Positions 63,147 to 64,000 of a DNA stretch of 64,000 nucleotides are shown here, piece by piece. Source of the stretch: Limnochordaceae bacterium. GTDB lineage: Bacteria > Bacillota > Limnochordia > Limnochordales > DUMU01. Location: the NCBI GenBank assembly GCA_014896305.1, contig JADBKQ010000005.1:12381-76380 (forward strand). The letters are read 5' to 3'. Within the stretch, counting starts at the first letter, position 1; every line of letters starts with the position of its first letter. The translations under genes and the position numbers were made by a program. The notes under the pieces are model-generated. The model saw only the letters and a list, made by a program, of their open reading frames with translations, did not search any database and was not told the DNA's origin.

Positions 63147-64000
63147 TCACCACGACTCGGCCAGGTTCTGGCTCCACCAGCTGGGGTCGTCTGGTACTTC
63201 ACTCACCCTGCCTCCCAGGTCAAGCCAGACGAGATAGGCGTGAAGTACCGGCCGGCGAAAGATCCTTTCCACCGCCTGGCGGTACACGTTGAGCTGAAAG
63301 CGGTACCGTTCCACCCATGGTTCCAGGCCACCGTCAGCGCTGGCAGCGATCGCCGGCAGCTGATCGGTCTTGTAGTCCAGCAAGACAAACCCGCCCTCTT
63401 CCGTCTCCACGAGGCAGTCGATCGCCCCCTGGATCATCATGCGATCTGGCGGAACACCGACCGCCAAGTGGAAGTGAAGTTCGCGCCTCACATTCTGGGG
63501 GGTCCGGCGAGCCGTTTGGACCAGCCACCGCCCCAGCTCCGTCTGGAGAAACTGCTCGATCTGGCTCAACGGAATGCTGTCTGCCTCAGCGCGGGTGCAC
63601 ATCTCCCGCCGTACCAGTTCGTCCCGTTGCCTTGCCAGGGCCTGTGCATCCAGAGGTTCTTGCTGAAAGTCCAGATGTTGCAAGAACAGGTGAGTCGCCG
63701 TACCACGGCTGGCTGCCGTGACGGAAGCGGCGGCGCCGGCATCTGGACCCGCTCCCGACGCCAGTGGCCGATGCAGGAACGTCGGCCCGGCCCAATCCGT
63801 GGCGGTCCTGGTCAACCAGCGCCAGGAAGCCGGCAACCGCCTTTGACCGGGTGGAAGGGGCACTGCCTCTCCCTGCTCTTCTGCCGCCAAAATCTGATGC
63901 TGCCAATCGGTGACGCTGATCTTGGCCGGACGCTGGACCGCCTCCTGGAAGGGATAAGTCCAGCGCCACCACTCCGGGTGTAACCAACGCTCGTCCTGCT
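63147..64000 (-). CDS. C-terminal PD-(D/E)XK nuclease domain of an AddA/UvrD-like helicase-nuclease (5' part outside window)
   Basis: The frame is open from 63147 to the window edge, with no stop in 63891-64000. GTATHLFLQHLDF, GAIDCLVETEEGGFVLLDYKTD and QLNVYRQA match the RecB-family nuclease motifs of AddA. Confidence 0.75.
   Translation of the reverse strand, partial: QDERWLHPEWWRWTYPFQEAVQRPAKISVTDWQHQILAAEEQGEAVPLPPGQRRLPASWRWLTRTATDWAGPTFLHRPLASGAGPDAGAAASVTAASRGTATHLFLQHLDFQQEPLDAQALARQRDELVRREMCTRAEADSIPLSQIEQFLQTELGRWLVQTARRTPQNVRRELHFHLAVGVPPDRMMIQGAIDCLVETEEGGFVLLDYKTDQLPAIAASADGGLEPWVERYRFQLNVYRQAVERIFRRPVLHAYLVWLDLGGRVSEVPDDPSWWSQNLAESW

Noticed and set aside
62727-63983. 418-aa plus-strand ORF
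   Set aside because: It spans bioY (antisense), a small-protein gene and the AddA-like nuclease domain (antisense). The minus-strand product carries clear RecB-nuclease motifs, whereas this one is low-complexity.
1-64000. Search for CRISPR arrays, tRNA/rRNA genes, IS elements, integrases, prophage or known defence-system genes
   Set aside because: I noticed no regularly spaced direct repeats, no cloverleaf-like conserved tRNA motifs in intergenic regions, and no transposase, integrase, RT or phage-like ORFs by eye. Absence is based on manual reading only. tRNAscan, Infernal and defence-finder tools would be decisive.

Overview
GC-rich bacterial chromosomal segment (GC and GC3 bias judged by eye, not computed). 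It is gene-dense on both strands, with about 50 credible CDS. I saw no rRNA, tRNA, CRISPR array, transposase, integrase or phage gene. Many long antisense ORFs in the track are the usual high-GC artefact.

Gene content, left to right:
- A tightly coupled MoxR AAA+ / DUF58 / BatA-like / double-VWA cluster (31-10118).
- rnhA, then a 1626-aa glutamate synthase large subunit with a well-defined promoter and operator region.
- A secreted C39-like peptidase, an SDR and a NUDIX hydrolase.
- A DUF1343/NamZ-like protein, then sufB plus a Rieske ferredoxin.
- HAD and Gfo/Idh/MocA enzymes, and an ApgM-type phosphoglycerate mutase.
- A 667-aa Trp-rich PDZ protein.
- A TauE/DUF1634 pair.
- An ECF sigma / anti-sigma / exported-protein module, then OsmC.
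- A DUF3311 plus sodium:solute symporter pair.
- A NYN plus BadF-type ATPase pair.
- An aldo/keto reductase, a HAD hydrolase and a P-type cation ATPase.
- A GH18, a metallophosphoesterase-PQQ-propeller fusion, a CBM protein and a PAP2 phosphatase.
- A DUF362/4Fe-4S protein, coaD, and a Tat-exported GH84 with discoidin modules.
- An ABC-2 transporter, a second NUDIX hydrolase and tkt.
- A cobalamin riboswitch in front of an orphan ECF S-component, a BON-like membrane protein, bioY, and the 3' part of an AddA-like helicase-nuclease.

The repertoire fits a high-GC monoderm or Chloroflexota-like organism, but the taxon cannot be established from this window.

I did not find an unambiguous new multi-gene system. 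The best leads are:
1. The B12 riboswitch with an orphan S-component.
2. The gltB promoter with phased dyads and an unannotated 54-aa ORF upstream.
3. The uncharacterised MoxR/VWA cluster.
4. A 0.8-kb GC-rich ORF-less gap with long-range stems.
5. A possible pseudo-aspartyl-protease/PDZ protein.

CDS coordinates are anchored to the ORF track. Hand-located non-coding motifs may be off by 1-2 nt.
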